From positions 434,001 to 498,000 of the forward strand of contig CP145427.1 in assembly GCA_036867785.1 (NCBI GenBank): a stretch of DNA of 64,000 nucleotides. Direction: 5' to 3'. The translations under genes were made by a program, and so were the position numbers. This stretch comes from Plasmodiophora brassicae. Its lineage: Eukaryota. Numbering within the stretch: position 1 is the stretch's first letter; each line of letters starts with the position of its first letter. Shown here one piece after another: positions 33,201-45,962 of the stretch. A model generated the notes under the pieces. It did no database searches, was not told where the DNA came from, and saw nothing but the letters and a program-made list of their open reading frames with translations.

Positions 33201-35548
33201 TCCTGGATCAGGTCGGTGATCTTCAGAGAGTTGGATGCCAAATCGTCGACTCCGACTTGGAAAAGGCTGAACGCCGCGGCTGACATTCCAAACACCAACC
33301 CAGTACCGCTATCAGCAATCACGATACTGGACGATGGAGATGACGTCGGCACGATGGACGCAAACATGACGAATGTGATGCCATCGTGAGAGAACGGGCG
33401 CAGAAATATAGTTCCTTGGAAAAGCTCGCCCTTGGCGTTCTTGCAGAACGCGTTAATCGGGCGCATAAACAGATCGGACTCGCCTGAGTCCAAGTACCTG
33501 GTTGCAACCGTCGGAAAGACGGTTGACCACGGCGGCAGGAGAAACTGATGCAAGTCACGGCCGACAACCCCGTCGCCGAGCAACGTCACAGCGGGGTCGT
33601 TGACAGTGACAACAGAGCCCATAGAAAAGTTATTGCTGGTGTCATCGGTGATGGAAATTGTTACAGTGGCCACCTGCTCATCCATGAAGTCATGCTGTGC
33701 ACCACCCTCCTGACGACGCAGGTTGACCGCCCGTTCCGCTTTGATCGACATGCGGTCCGCGAGGTCGGTATTGTTGATAACGGTATGTAAGAACCCGGCG
33801 TACATGTGCAGGGCCTTGGGGGAGTTCGGCGATCGACGCACGAGCGTCCGATATGCGGCCGATGCCCGGTTGGTCAGGAACCCAATGGCCTGCGTCAATC
33901 GCAGAACCCTGTTCATGTCTGCCTTCTTGTCAATCTCGATCCAGAACTGCACCATCGCCTGGCAGCACTTCATGTCCATCCGGCGAGCCTCTTGCAGGCC
34001 CCGCTCCAAGTTGACGTACTCAAGCGCGGCACGGCCTTGTCCCATGGTCCACGATTCCATGCACTCTTTCAGCTTGCGTACCTGACGGAACAGATAGAAC
34101 TTCTGGTCCACCGACAGTTCAAGTTTGTCTGCACGAAGCAGCACCTTCCGGGCCTGCAACGTCGCGTTTCTCACGCTCAGCAGAAATACCGACTCGAAGA
34201 TGTGCCTACACGTAAACAGGTCATTGTCCTGCCGATCTGCGTGGCATGCAACAGACAGTTAGTGGGACGTACAGTGCGACTGATTTCGGGAACCTCTCAT
34301 GGGCTTGCTCATATTTGGCGGCAATAGAATCGAGTTCACTGTCTGTTGCATTGCGCCAATCTGCAGGGCGACAGCAGAGCTCAACTTCGTAGACATTCGA
34401 ACATTTGGCGATGACGAGGCGGTCGAGGTGGGACCGGCGGGCCTTGACGGCCAGGATTATCAGTGGTACAACGAGCAGGGGCCCGCCGAAGAACAAGGTC
34501 ATAACGCTGACGGTCCCCGGGAGGATGACCCGAAGAAACGTGCTGCATAAAACCGCCCAGAACACCACTGACTGCGACACCGCATGCAACATATTCGATT
34601 TCATGTTGTAGAACGGCTGATACATCACCTCGAGATATGCGAGAGTGAACGCAGAGGCAAGGGTGAGCAGGGCCCAGCAGATACGGACAGCATCGGTTTG
34701 CGCGATCGGGGTCCACCATAGGTATTGGCTGAGCACTGTCAGGATTGTCTTCACTGCGAATCGCAGTTGGAAGATACGCGAATGCGATCGAGCCGACGTT
34801 GCCGTACTTGTTGGGTCCGATTCAAACATGGTTAGTGCGATGACAGCGCCGACGATGGCGATTACAGGCGCCAGGGCGAGCATTAGGACCGTAATGAAGG
34901 TGGCCGCCCAGCTCGGTAGATCTTGGAACGCGAAGTACCCCGTGAGAATCCCCAAGACAGGCACGTACATGAAGGTGACCAGCGCGCCGGCAAGGCTGCG
35001 GAACACGACAGCGATCCACATATACCGGGTGCTGCCAGCAACGCACGCGTATCCGAGATATGTGCCGATTGCCAACAGTATCGTCAGCAGTCCTGCGGAC
35101 AGGTAGTTGCCGATCTCGTTGGCTTTATAACCGAGGACCACCGGAAGCACTGTGAAATACAGCGCAAAGTCGAACCATGACTGGATGGGCTGTTCCAGTC
35201 CAAAGTTAAACGCGTCTGCGGGCGGCACCATTAACGCCATCTGCATCGGTAATTAGTTGGGCACGACGCGCGCTATTGTTCGTTGCTAGGACTTACCATT
35301 TGAAGCGCTTCGATAACTTCAACGACGACGTCGAAGGCGGCGGAATGCGCCGACGACTTGGACATGATGTACAGCAGGGCAATAAATCCGGCTTGACACG
35401 AGTTGAACCATGCCACAACTCGTTCCGCCCAGGACGACTTCTGGGTCCCATCTTGGCCGAGACTGAAATCCAGGTCATCGGCGATGGCCGCCTCCGACCC
35501 GAACGACTGCGCCGACGAACCCGCCGACGACAGCGAACGGAGACCCAT
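30278..35548 (-). CDS. Large PAS-domain multi-pass membrane protein (TmcB/TmcC-like), multi-exon
   Basis: N-terminal TM bundle (34221..35246), TPR-like segment (NSPKALHMYAGFL), PAS-like VVTVNDPAVTLLG..VGRDLHQFLLPPW, Ser-rich linker, further TMs, C-terminal RMLLLLVP. Confidence 0.8.
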
Positions 35549-36240
35549 GAGAGCCCCGCTTCAGCGGGTGTACACAGTGATCCCGTACTCCTCCTGGCCA
35601 TGATTACCTAGCCGGCACTGCTGTGCCGGTCAGCGAGAGCCTCGTGGTTCAGACTCTATGTGAGGGCAACTACCACATAGTACCACAACGTGGACGCGGG
35701 AAGGCCGATTGCGCCTATAACCTCGAGACGGGACGTCGACCCCATCAAACGAAGCGTAATTTAAATGGGGACGTCGGCGACGTTCAGCAGAATGCAGCGA
35801 TGAAGTTCGTTTTCCACTGCCATGGTTCCCGGCAGCGCTAGGCCGGTTTGAATGCGGCCGCAGTGACCAATGCGTTTGCAGTTAGGCCCGTCGGGGGAAC
35901 GGCAGGCGCCTTTAACGACCAAACCGCTTCATGACGTTGTCGGGCGCGACAAGCGCATCACAATGCGCTATGCCACACAGCGTCGCAGCCAGCGCCGTTC
36001 GTGCAGAATAGCGCGTCGAAGTTGGACAAGGGCAGGCGCAGGCGACCTTGCCTGCCATTGACGCGCCGCCGTCAACTGGCGCGCCTGGCACAATCTAAGC
36101 GGGCCTTACAACAAGTACTCAGGACGCCAGGCTGCAGGCGGACGAGGGCACCGCGGATCGGCCGGACGCCAATCATACCTACGACCCGCATCGTATCTGA
36201 CGAAACAGACGCGGGGGGTGGTTTCGTCCCGCGCGAAGCA

Positions 36241-37977
36241 TCATTTATGACGAGACCGGGCGGAACCGTGTCTGCGGTCCCAGAACTGGAACAGGGTCGC
36301 CTGCCGGACGGCAGCGTTCGGCGCCGTTGTCGCAGGGCTGGGGGCGGGCACAGGTGCGGCCTGTGCACGTGGATGCCGCTCGACACTGTCGTTGCGGTGG
36401 TATCGCCACAGCCTGATGTCACCGTCTGCGGGCAATCGTCAGGAAGCGCCCAGCCCGATGCGAGCGGGAGATGGCATACCGTCCGAGCAGGCCCCGATCA
36501 GGGCGAAATCATGGGGCGACCAGGCGACACCGTTGATGTCGCCTTGGAGTTCGGATCCCTCGATGTCCGCCGCGATGTGAGGCTGAAGGGAGTCGAACAG
36601 CAGGAGGCGGCCAGTGGCGGCACCCGACAGAATGTACCTGACAGCGTCGTCCTGGTCAGCGCCATCCGCCATTCGTCGCCACCAGAACCCACGGCCACCT
36701 TCCGCACGGCGAGAAACACGATTTAACGTAGAACGAGTTCTTCAGTTTCGCGCGCTCGTTGAAGAACGCGATCGGTTCCGTTAGCCCCTGAACGCCACCG
36801 TAAGCGTTCGTTCGAAACGAGGCGCGGCCCACAGACCTGCTCCCGGCAGTCGGCGAATACATTCAACAGGCCGCTGGTGTAACTGACCAGCAGCCGGGAC
36901 CGGCCCGTGAGCTCGTCGACAGCGAGGCTGGATACACCCGTATTCTGCAGCAGATCAGCGCGTTGCAGGGACGCGAATCGCAGAGCGGACGTACAGCGTT
37001 CATGGAATAGGTCGCGACGCAGTGCTCCGTTGCAAACTTCCTCAGGTCGAACAGCTTGATGGTGCCGTCGGACGCCCCGGCGGTGCACAGAATGTTGTCG
37101 TCAGCGACGAATTGCACCGCCGAGACGCACTGTGAAGCAGGCGATGGGAGCGAGCGTCGGGACCGGGTGCTTCGCTGGCCGGCACCATGGACGGAACTCA
37201 GCTTGGCGACTGGATGCAAATGTGAACCGGGCACATGGCTTAGCCTTCGGACATCCCTATGCGAACGAATTAGGTTGCCAGCGCGCACGCAGCACAATGT
37301 ATGGACGATGCACCAGATGAAGACGTTTCCGTCCCTGGACCCGCTTGCGAAGACTTTCGAGTTGGTCCTCTGGGCACTGACAGACTTCACGGACGCCTCG
37401 TGGCCACAGGCGACAATCTGCGCGCCCGTCTCTGATGTGCACATATCAAACGGACGTGCACGATTCTCGTTCGCAACGCGCGCTACCGATATTCGATACG
37501 CGGCAGGTGCGATCGCCGGACGCCGTCAGGAAGCAGGAGTCGTTGTCGATCCAGCACGACGCGAATATCGCGTTCTGATGCAGTTGCCTGCGATAGATCG
37601 TGGACCTCCGCTCGATGTTCGTATCAAGTACGGAGACGAATCCGTCTTCGTCGGCGACCATGCAATACTGCCGGCCATTGTTGACCTGCCGTCACCAACT
37701 AAGCGCGCTCGGTCGCGAGAGCGCCTTGCTCACGACACACCGACCGACCTGGTTAAACTGCACGACGTACGGGATGACGGGTTCGCCTTCGAGCCCGATC
37801 CCGTCGAACGAGAACGCATCGTCGGCCTCGCATCGATACGTCCCGCATCGCAGCACTACGCGCAGATCGTTGTCAGACGCGAACAGGGCGGCGACAGCCA
37901 CAGGTCTAACGGCTGAAAGGTGTGGTCGGGTGCCTGCGGGCGCCCAGTCGCTCCCGTTGCAGCAGGCCGGCCAGCAT
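36241..37977 (-). CDS. DTL: Denticleless/Cdt2-like WD40 substrate receptor (CRL4), multi-exon
   Basis: VADEDGFV, HQNAIF..W, TASGD, GHEASVKSV, FASGSRDGNVFIWD, AGASDGTIKLFDLRK, SFYVKSCFSP; C-terminal PIP-like QATLFQFW. Confidence 0.85.
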
Positions 37978-38233
37978 TCGATCGGGCAGCAACTGAACCC
38001 AACCGGCACTGTGAGCGAGCGGGGCCCGCCAAACGCCCAACCCGCTCAAAGTCCGCGGAAAGCGCGCCAAAACGTTAAACCCCTGCCGTCGCCCACGTCA
38101 CGAACTGCACCGACGGGGGTACGCCCCATCACAGCCGTGTCTGCAGCCGGCGACGGCCGCGAGTCCACATCACGGGCTGCAGCTGCGCAGTCACGAACTG
38201 CACGCGCAGTAGGGTTTCCCGAATGAGGGTGTG

Positions 38234-41200
38234 TCAGGGTGTAACATTGGCCAGGACGGGGCTGGGTTGTAGCCGGAAGAAGGAGCAGACCAGAGGGTGG
38301 ATCAGGGCGAAGTGGGAGAACTCCTCGTAGTCCAGCTGGCTGTCCGACGGCTGCGCATCGGTGAACACGTCGTCGACGAAGCGGGTGGCGGCGTCGCATG
38401 CCCCTTGCCGCCCGTTGTACGTCTCCTCCAGCATGGTCACCAGTCTGGTCATTTCATCCCTGAACGCGGCGCGCCGTTACGACCCCGCCTGGAGCAGGTT
38501 CTGTCGCCCAAATTTCGTACCTGGAGATGAGGTGGTCGTCGTTGGCGTCGGCGAACATGAAACAGAACTGCAGGCGGTCGTCCTGCGATCCTTTCAGGAG
38601 AATGTTGGCCGCGACGAGGAACTCGCCAAAGTCGACGTGCTTCGTTCCGTTGGTATCGATGACGATGAACAGCCGGTCCATGAGTCCCGACATCAGGCCG
38701 TGGTCCCGCCAGTTATCTTTGATCCTGCACACACACACCACCGCCATCATCAGACACGCCGTTCGCCGCATGCGTAACGTCGACACTCCCTCACTTGTCG
38801 AACACGGAAACGGCCAGGCTCTGCTGCAACCATCTGCTGTTCGGTATGGACGCGTGCAGCAGGATGTGCCACGGTGAGGGGGCCAGGAACGCCTTCCACA
38901 GCGCGTCGATCTCCTCCTCGCTGAACGAGTACTGTGATTCAAAGTTCAGCAGCGTCCCGGGGCGAATGCCCATGCTCTCTTGGACGACGGCCTTCTCGTG
39001 GAGCTCCCGCAAGGCGGTCAGCTCGGCGGTCAGGTCGCCGTGCCGGATCTCCTTGAGGAGGACGCTGACCGGCGGGATGTCCTTCGACATCCCGTGCAGG
39101 AAGTAGACGAGCAGTTCGCTATCGCTGTCGAGCGCCATGATCTGCGCCCTGCATGACCGGAAGATGCCGAGCGCGAACTGGAAGATCAGCTCGTCGCCGA
39201 CCATGAGGATGTTGTCCCACAGGATCAGCGTCTCCTCGAAACGCACAGGGGCCTCCATGAACAGACACAGGAACCACGACCTGTTGGACGGCATCATTGT
39301 CCCCGGATGGCAACGAGAACGCGCAACGGGCGTACACTGTGAACGTGTCCAGATTGACTCCATGCGAGGTCAGATGATCGTACAGTTGCGGTTCCTCGTA
39401 CGACAGCATGTCGCGAAGGACGCGCTGGTCGACAAGCAGGGCGCACATCGACTTGCAGTAGTACCCGACGCGGGTCTCGATCATGCAGGACAGGACCCAG
39501 AAGGCGTCCTCCTCGTCCAGGACGGTGAGCAGGGCCCCGCACAGGTTGTTCATGCTCTGACAGTACCCGACCGTCTCGCTGTTCCTCAGGCAGTACGCCG
39601 ACAGGACTCGTTCGAGCTTCGCCACGCCGTCCTCGGTCTTGAACAGGTCGGTATGGGGCAGCGTGCGTCGAATGTCCTTCCGGATCTCGACCTCGGCCGG
39701 CGACCCGTGCTCCTGGGCGATCTGCACCAGCAGGTCGTAGTACCCGGCGTTGTACCGTTGCCGCATCTGATCGCTCCCCGACAGAATGCGCCAGACCTGC
39801 CACGAATGGCGTAAGCGCACTGGCCGGTGACGAAACGCCCTGCACGTTACCTGCGCGCGATGCTCAGCGGGAACGCCCATGCTGACCAGCGGCTGAATGT
39901 TCGGGTGCGATCGCAGCTTGGCGACGTCGCCGGCGCATTCGTCGAGGAGCGTGTCCCAGTCGCGGCCGGGTTCGTCGACGACGCTGATGCTGCCCGTGCT
40001 GAAGCTGAATTTCGTCGACCCGCCCGACGTGGGCGACGCTGGCGAATCGGACACGATCGACTGCGATCGCGACTCGAACACGGTCGGTTGCTGCCGGTTG
40101 GGCGTCTCAGGCACGGAATCGTGGCTACGTAGCGCTGGGGATGCAGGCGGGGACATGGCCGGGGACAGCGCGCGGGACACGCGACGAACGCTGTCCACCT
40201 TCGGGCTGGACTGCGACGCGTCCAGCAGGAACCTGTCCGGATGCGTCAGCGGATACGACAAAGGTTGCCGACGTCGGTTGGTTCGTTACGGTTTCCTCGC
40301 TTGTGGGGAGAAGGACTCGGCGGTTGGCTGGGACTCTGGGGCGGTCGAGTCGAGGGCGGGCGACTCCAGCACCGTTTGCAGTTGCGCGCACGCTTGTATG
40401 AGCGAGGTGACGACCGACTCTTCACCGCTGTTCTTGGTAGGTTCGCTGGCCTGGAACTGGATCGACGCGCCACTCTACGACACGCACGTCGCGTCTATCA
40501 ACGCCGACGGGTTTGTCCATAGCGAGTTTACCTGTAGCGCCTTCAGGACGGGGGTCAGGACGGCTGGTGACAGCGCTCGACGAATGTTGCCACGACGATC
40601 GGCAGCGGCCATCCGGGCGAGAAGGACAATGAAGGTGGCGGCGGATGCAACCGTCAACGTCCCGTCCTGGCTCGTCGCGGTCTTCAACAGCTTGCTGATG
40701 GCCGCGGCACAATCCGGCCCTGGTGCAATCGGTGAGATCGCGCGCACACCACGATGGACACCCCCTGGCACGGTACCGAGGTGGACTAGCGACGTCTGCG
40801 AAGACGAGATGGCGGATAACAAGCTGGCGAAGGCGGCGGACGTCTCCGGGTCCGGGTGCGGTTTCCGATCGGTGAACAGGACGAGCGCCTTGGTCAGCAT
40901 CGGGATCGACCGGCGCGCCATCTCCGTATTGATCGACCGGTGATTGGTTGCCAACTGGGACAACAATCGCAGAGCAGCGGCTGTCTGACGTTAGATGACG
41001 TAACAGCAGGTACCACAAGGCGCGCGTGCGTACCGAACGCTGACCAGATTTCGCTGTTGGTGTCCGATGGCGCCAGCATGGCGAGCAGCGTTCCCAACAG
41101 GGTCTGAACGCGCACGACCACCTTCTCCGCCTCGATCTGCTCGATGGACAGAGGGACTATCAAGCGGCCTGGACGCGCATTCCTCAGAACGACACCCTCC

Positions 41201-43111
41201 ATGCGAGTGGCAGTATTCGTACCCAGGCACCATAACGCCTGTACGGTGCACTCGACATCCTCCTTCGTCGCCTGTGGCGGTCTGTCACGAACGATACAGG
41301 AAGCGCCGGTGATGCGACGTACGTTGACGTCGAAATCGAGCGTGGTGTACAGGACGTTGCGGAACTCGTGTAGGTTCTGGACAAGGTCCACATGGTCGGG
41401 GTTGCCGGCCAGTAGGCCGACGGCATGGTAAACGTGCTGAACGGCCTCGAGACGCAGTCGCTCTGCATGCGAGTCAGGTCGTCTAATTCGGATGGGACGA
41501 GGGATGGACACGCAGCGGGCCCGACCATGGTCGGGATGTCCCGGCGATATCAGGTCAGGCAAAGACGCGATTAGCATCGGGAACACCATCGTCCACGTTG
41601 TGTCCTGCTGTTCGAACGCAGGGTGCTTCCCAGCGATCGTGTCGAGCAGGCCAACAACCACCTGGAAACGGGTGTATCAGTGCTGCAGTGTCGTCGCTGG
41701 CCATGTCAGGCTCACCATGAGTATGGTGCGTTCGGTGCACAGCGCGACCAGTTGCGGAACGATCGAGTCGGCGCCGCACATCTCCTCGAACGTTTGATGG
41801 TCGCCCTCTATCGCCATGTTCGACAGGACCAGGACAGCGAGTTCCTTCTCGTGGACCCCGGTAATCTCGGTGAGCTTCCCCATCAGAATCCGCACCAGGC
41901 CATCACGTAGCAGCGTCTGCACGGCGGCTGCACTACACGCCAGGTTGCCTGTTAGGTTCGTTCGTCAGTGGGGGCCATTGGCAAACCAGCACAAATCGCG
42001 GCACCGAGTGTTCGGAGGGCGGCATGGACGAGGGACGTCTTCAGGGCGTGCTGCTCGAGGACTTGACCGAGGATGCGGCCGCCGCCAGCCGACACGATCT
42101 GCATGCGCGACGTCTCGCCGTCGGCGCACAGGTTCGTCAGGACGAACATGACGCTCTCCAGCAATCGGGCATCGCGCGAATGCATCGCCATGATGCGGAC
42201 GATGTCGTCGATGGCGCCAAGGTCGATCATCGTCTGCGGGACCCCGGCCGCCGTTAGCACCGCACGCACGAGACGAACGTGACGACCACCCGTGCCTGGC
42301 TGTTCGCATGGTTGGAGACGGCGAGGTTGGCGAGCGCATAGCAGCACTGATCGATCTGCTCCGAGTTGCTTCGCGCCCGGCGCAGGATGCGCAGGATGGC
42401 GTCGATGCCGCCGGCGGCGCCGATGGCGGCGCGCGCCTCCGGGTCGAACGACAGGTTCCCCAGCAGCAGCAGGCCGTCGTTCTGCAACGACGGGTCGCTC
42501 TCCAGCAGGTTCCCGCCGAGAAGGTCGACAACGGCCTTGGGCACCTGTAGAAAACAGGCCTAAGCGTGGTGCCGTGCGGCACAGCCCCGCGGAACACGCC
42601 GCACCTGACTGGCCACGGCAGCTTTCAGGAAGGCGTCGACGCTGGCGACGCGGTACAGAGCGCGGACGGCGTCCCTGGTGACGTTCGGCGACCTGGCCAG
42701 GTCGATGAGTATGTCGAGGCCCTTGTGGGTCAGCACGAACTGGTCCAGCGCCGTCTCGGTCGGCGACGGGTCGGGCAGCTTCGTGACGAAGCGCACGGCG
42801 ATGCGCAGCTGGTCGGACAGGTCGGCGCTGACGTCGTGCTGCTGCTGCGAGTCGACGGCGGCCCGCATGATCGTGACGCAGAGCAGGACGGCCTGGTCGA
42901 CGGGCAGCAGGCCCAGCTGCGTCTTCAGCGAGCTGTCCGCCAGGTCGATCGTCGTGTCCGCCATCGGCGACTTCATCGATTCGACCTGGTCGTCATCGTG
43001 GCCGATATCCTTCAGGGCCAGCGGCGCCGCCTTCTTGGTCGCTTCCGGTTTCGACGGCGTCGTGCCTGCGGCGCCGATCAGGCTGGACACGCGCGACATG
43101 AGCGCGGCCAT
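38234..43111 (-). CDS. ARM-repeat + TBC (RabGAP) + EF-hand protein, multi-exon
   Basis: ARM repeats (AIGAAGGIDAILRIL, CCYALANLA); TBC IRKDIRRT and GYCQSMNNL; EF-hands DTNGTKHVDFGEF, DANDDHLISRYE, LDYEEF. Confidence 0.85.
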
Positions 43112-43936
43112 TACGCCGCCCCCGAACCCGTCGTCGCAGATCGATACGCGCCCGACGATTCAAATCGTAAGATCACGTAATATCAGACAGATTCTGCCAC
43201 GATCATCCTCATATCTGCCCGGGGGACGACGCGTACCCGCACATCATCGGGGAACCTGCACGGCACCGGCGCACACGTACGGCACCGTCGGCACGGCAGC
43301 CCGCGCCCGCCTGACGGACATTTGGCGCGCCAGTCGCACATCCAGCAGTCGCTCAAGATTCGACCGAGTAGGGGCTGTAGAAGTGCCCATTGACGTATGG
43401 GAGGTTGCGAAACTGCATAGCCAGCCTTGTAAGTTGCGCGTCCCTTTTTTCGCGCCTGAAACTCTGCGAATAACGAGCGACAAAAGCTCGCCAAGACGAT
43501 GAATACATCGTTCTAAACGCCGGTAACCTTATGCAATGGGCAGTCTGCGATGCGCAACTGGGAGTTCTGATCCCACGTTCCTGACGTCGCTTGTATGTAT
43601 CCAGCCGCTACAGGATCTGTTTTACCTCGTTTGAGCTCGAAGGGTCTGGCACGAGTTCTAAACGCACGGCGCATTGTGTAGAATGGGGATCACCCGACTC
43701 CACGAGAGAAGCTGCGCGCAAACCAATTTCGACCGCATGCTGGGGCCCTTCGGTTGATAAAGCTTTTCGGGACGTGCTTCGCCGCGCGCTGTATATCAAA
43801 TTAACAGCTGGAAACTAAAACGTTCTGAACTAGTGCCGGTGAGACAAAGGACCCGAGGGGACAACGCCTCCAAAGTGCTGCATTAGTGCCCATTCATACG
43901 TTTGAAGGTTGTTCGGCAATTGCGGTATGTAAGTAT

Positions 43937-45515
43937 AAACAAGAGATATTCCGATCCACGAATGCTGCAGGTCTTAATTATGTATTGCAATGTTCGCACT
44001 GTCTGCCAATGGTTAGGCGTGCAGTGTCTGGGCTTGCCAATAGGTCTTATATTCTGCGATGGACGCCAGGCGAAACGTGGTTGTTGACATCTTTAATTTA
44101 CCGCCTTTCTGCACCGTCTCAGTCGGTTAGTCGACAGCTGAACGCGTCAATAGTGCATTAACCATCACACTCGAACAATCGCGACCACGTACGTGAGTCG
44201 CGCGTGACGCAGGATTAGGAGGGCGCGTGTCCACGCCTATCTCAAATTGTGCTGGCTGGGCAGCCACGCATGCTTTTCGCGGCCCTCATGTACAGAATTT
44301 CGGGGGCCTACTCTAGCGCCCGAGCCGGTCCTCCCAGCTCAGCTGGGGCTGAGCGGGTCCGGCCGCCGCGGCATTAGGTATTCATTTCGTCAGTGCAACG
44401 TCCGGGAGCGGGAACCATCATGCAATAGCCGATGCAGATGAAGGACATTGGGCTGTTCATCGCCAATCAGCCGCACATGGCACTGTCCGAGGAGTGACGC
44501 ATGCTCTGTTCTTGGTTCAGAGCGATGTATCTCAGGTACTGTTTCGCGCTGCTCGTGCGTCGGTCGTCTAATTTCACTACGGCGTTCGTTGACGGTGACG
44601 ACATCGATGCCTTCGAACCAGGCCGATGATGGACCTGTCCCAAAGACCGGTGGTAGCACCTCCGAGCTTGCTTTAACACTACAGTGACAGACGATCATTA
44701 TGTGCCTTCTTCACGTCCCAGTGTGCGCACATGTTCAATGTTTCGTTTGAGCAAACGTCCAGTCCTGCGCTGGTAGCCCGACCTTGTCAGGACCCTCGCG
44801 AAGGACTAAATTGTGGAGGGTCTGGAGGACTCGGCGCCTCCCGCTTGTCTTCGCGGTAAACACTGCCAGTAGTGAAATTAGACAACCGACGCACGAGCAG
44901 CGCGAATCAGTACCTGAGATACATCGCTCTGAACCAAGAACAGAGCATGCGTCGCTCCTCGGACAGTGCCACGTGCGGCTGACTAGCGACGAACTTCCCA
45001 ATGTCCTTCATCTGCACCGGCCGGCTGTTGCAAGATGGTTCCCGCTCCCGGACGTTGCAATGACGAAATGAATACCTAATGCCGCGGCGGCCGGACCCGC
45101 TCAGCCCCAGCTGAGCTGGGAGGACCGGCTCGGACGCTACAGTAGGCCCCCCGAATTCTGTACATGAGGGCCGTGAAAAGCGCGCGTGGCTCCAGAGGAG
45201 CACAGACGTCGCCCAGCCAGTAGAATCTGCGATAGGCGTGGGCACGCGCCCTCCTATCCCGCGTCACGTCTCACGGGTCGCGATTGTTCGAGTGTGTTGG
45301 TTAATGCACTGGTTGACGCCCTCACCTGCCGACTAACCGACTGAGACGGTGCAGAAAGGAAGTAAATACGCCATCAACCGCGTTTCGCCAGGCGTCCATC
45401 GCAGAATAAGACCTATTGTCATATCCAGACACTGCACGCCTAATCAATGGCAGACAGTGCAAGCATTGCAATACATAATTAAGACCTGCAGGATTTTGTG
45501 GAAAATCTCTTGTTT
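43937..45515. repeat. Long diverged inverted repeat (arms about 43937-44580 and 44869-45515, spacer about 290 bp)
   Basis: Arms of about 645 bp align as reverse complements end to end (e.g. ctcccagctcagctggggctgagcgggtccggccgccgcggcattaggtattcatttcgtca) with substitutions and small indels. Confidence 0.93.
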
Positions 45516-45962
45516 CCTCAGTAGCTGGTATTGTCGACCGCAGAGATGTCGGCGTCATGTTCCCTCGCGGGAGAACGCAAACAAACTTGCATCGATCCAC
45601 CATGCAGATGATCGCAAGGTACCAGGACAATGTTGTTCGGCTCAACGTCCTGAGCGGCGACCCACGTCGACTCGTTGACCAGGTCGAATCACGTCGCCTG
45701 GACGTGAAAAGCGCACTTAAGCCGCAACACGTATCTTCTGACCATCGTGCAACACTTTGGAATCTTCAATGACCACAGTCACAGAACTTAGCGGACCCGC
45801 GCGCCGACTGTAGACCGCTCCGAGTCGGACTCCGACGCACCATGGCGGAGATGCGCCCGAATTGAATTTTTGAGCCCGTCGAACTCGTTGCCCCAGCTTG
45901 CTCCGACTCGCTCCGGTCGGCCATAGCTGGAAAGCCGAGGCGTCGGTCTGTGCCTAGCGAGC

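Noticed and set aside
43937-45515. Protein-coding genes in the inverted-repeat arms
   Set aside because: All frames are interrupted by stops and no family is recognisable
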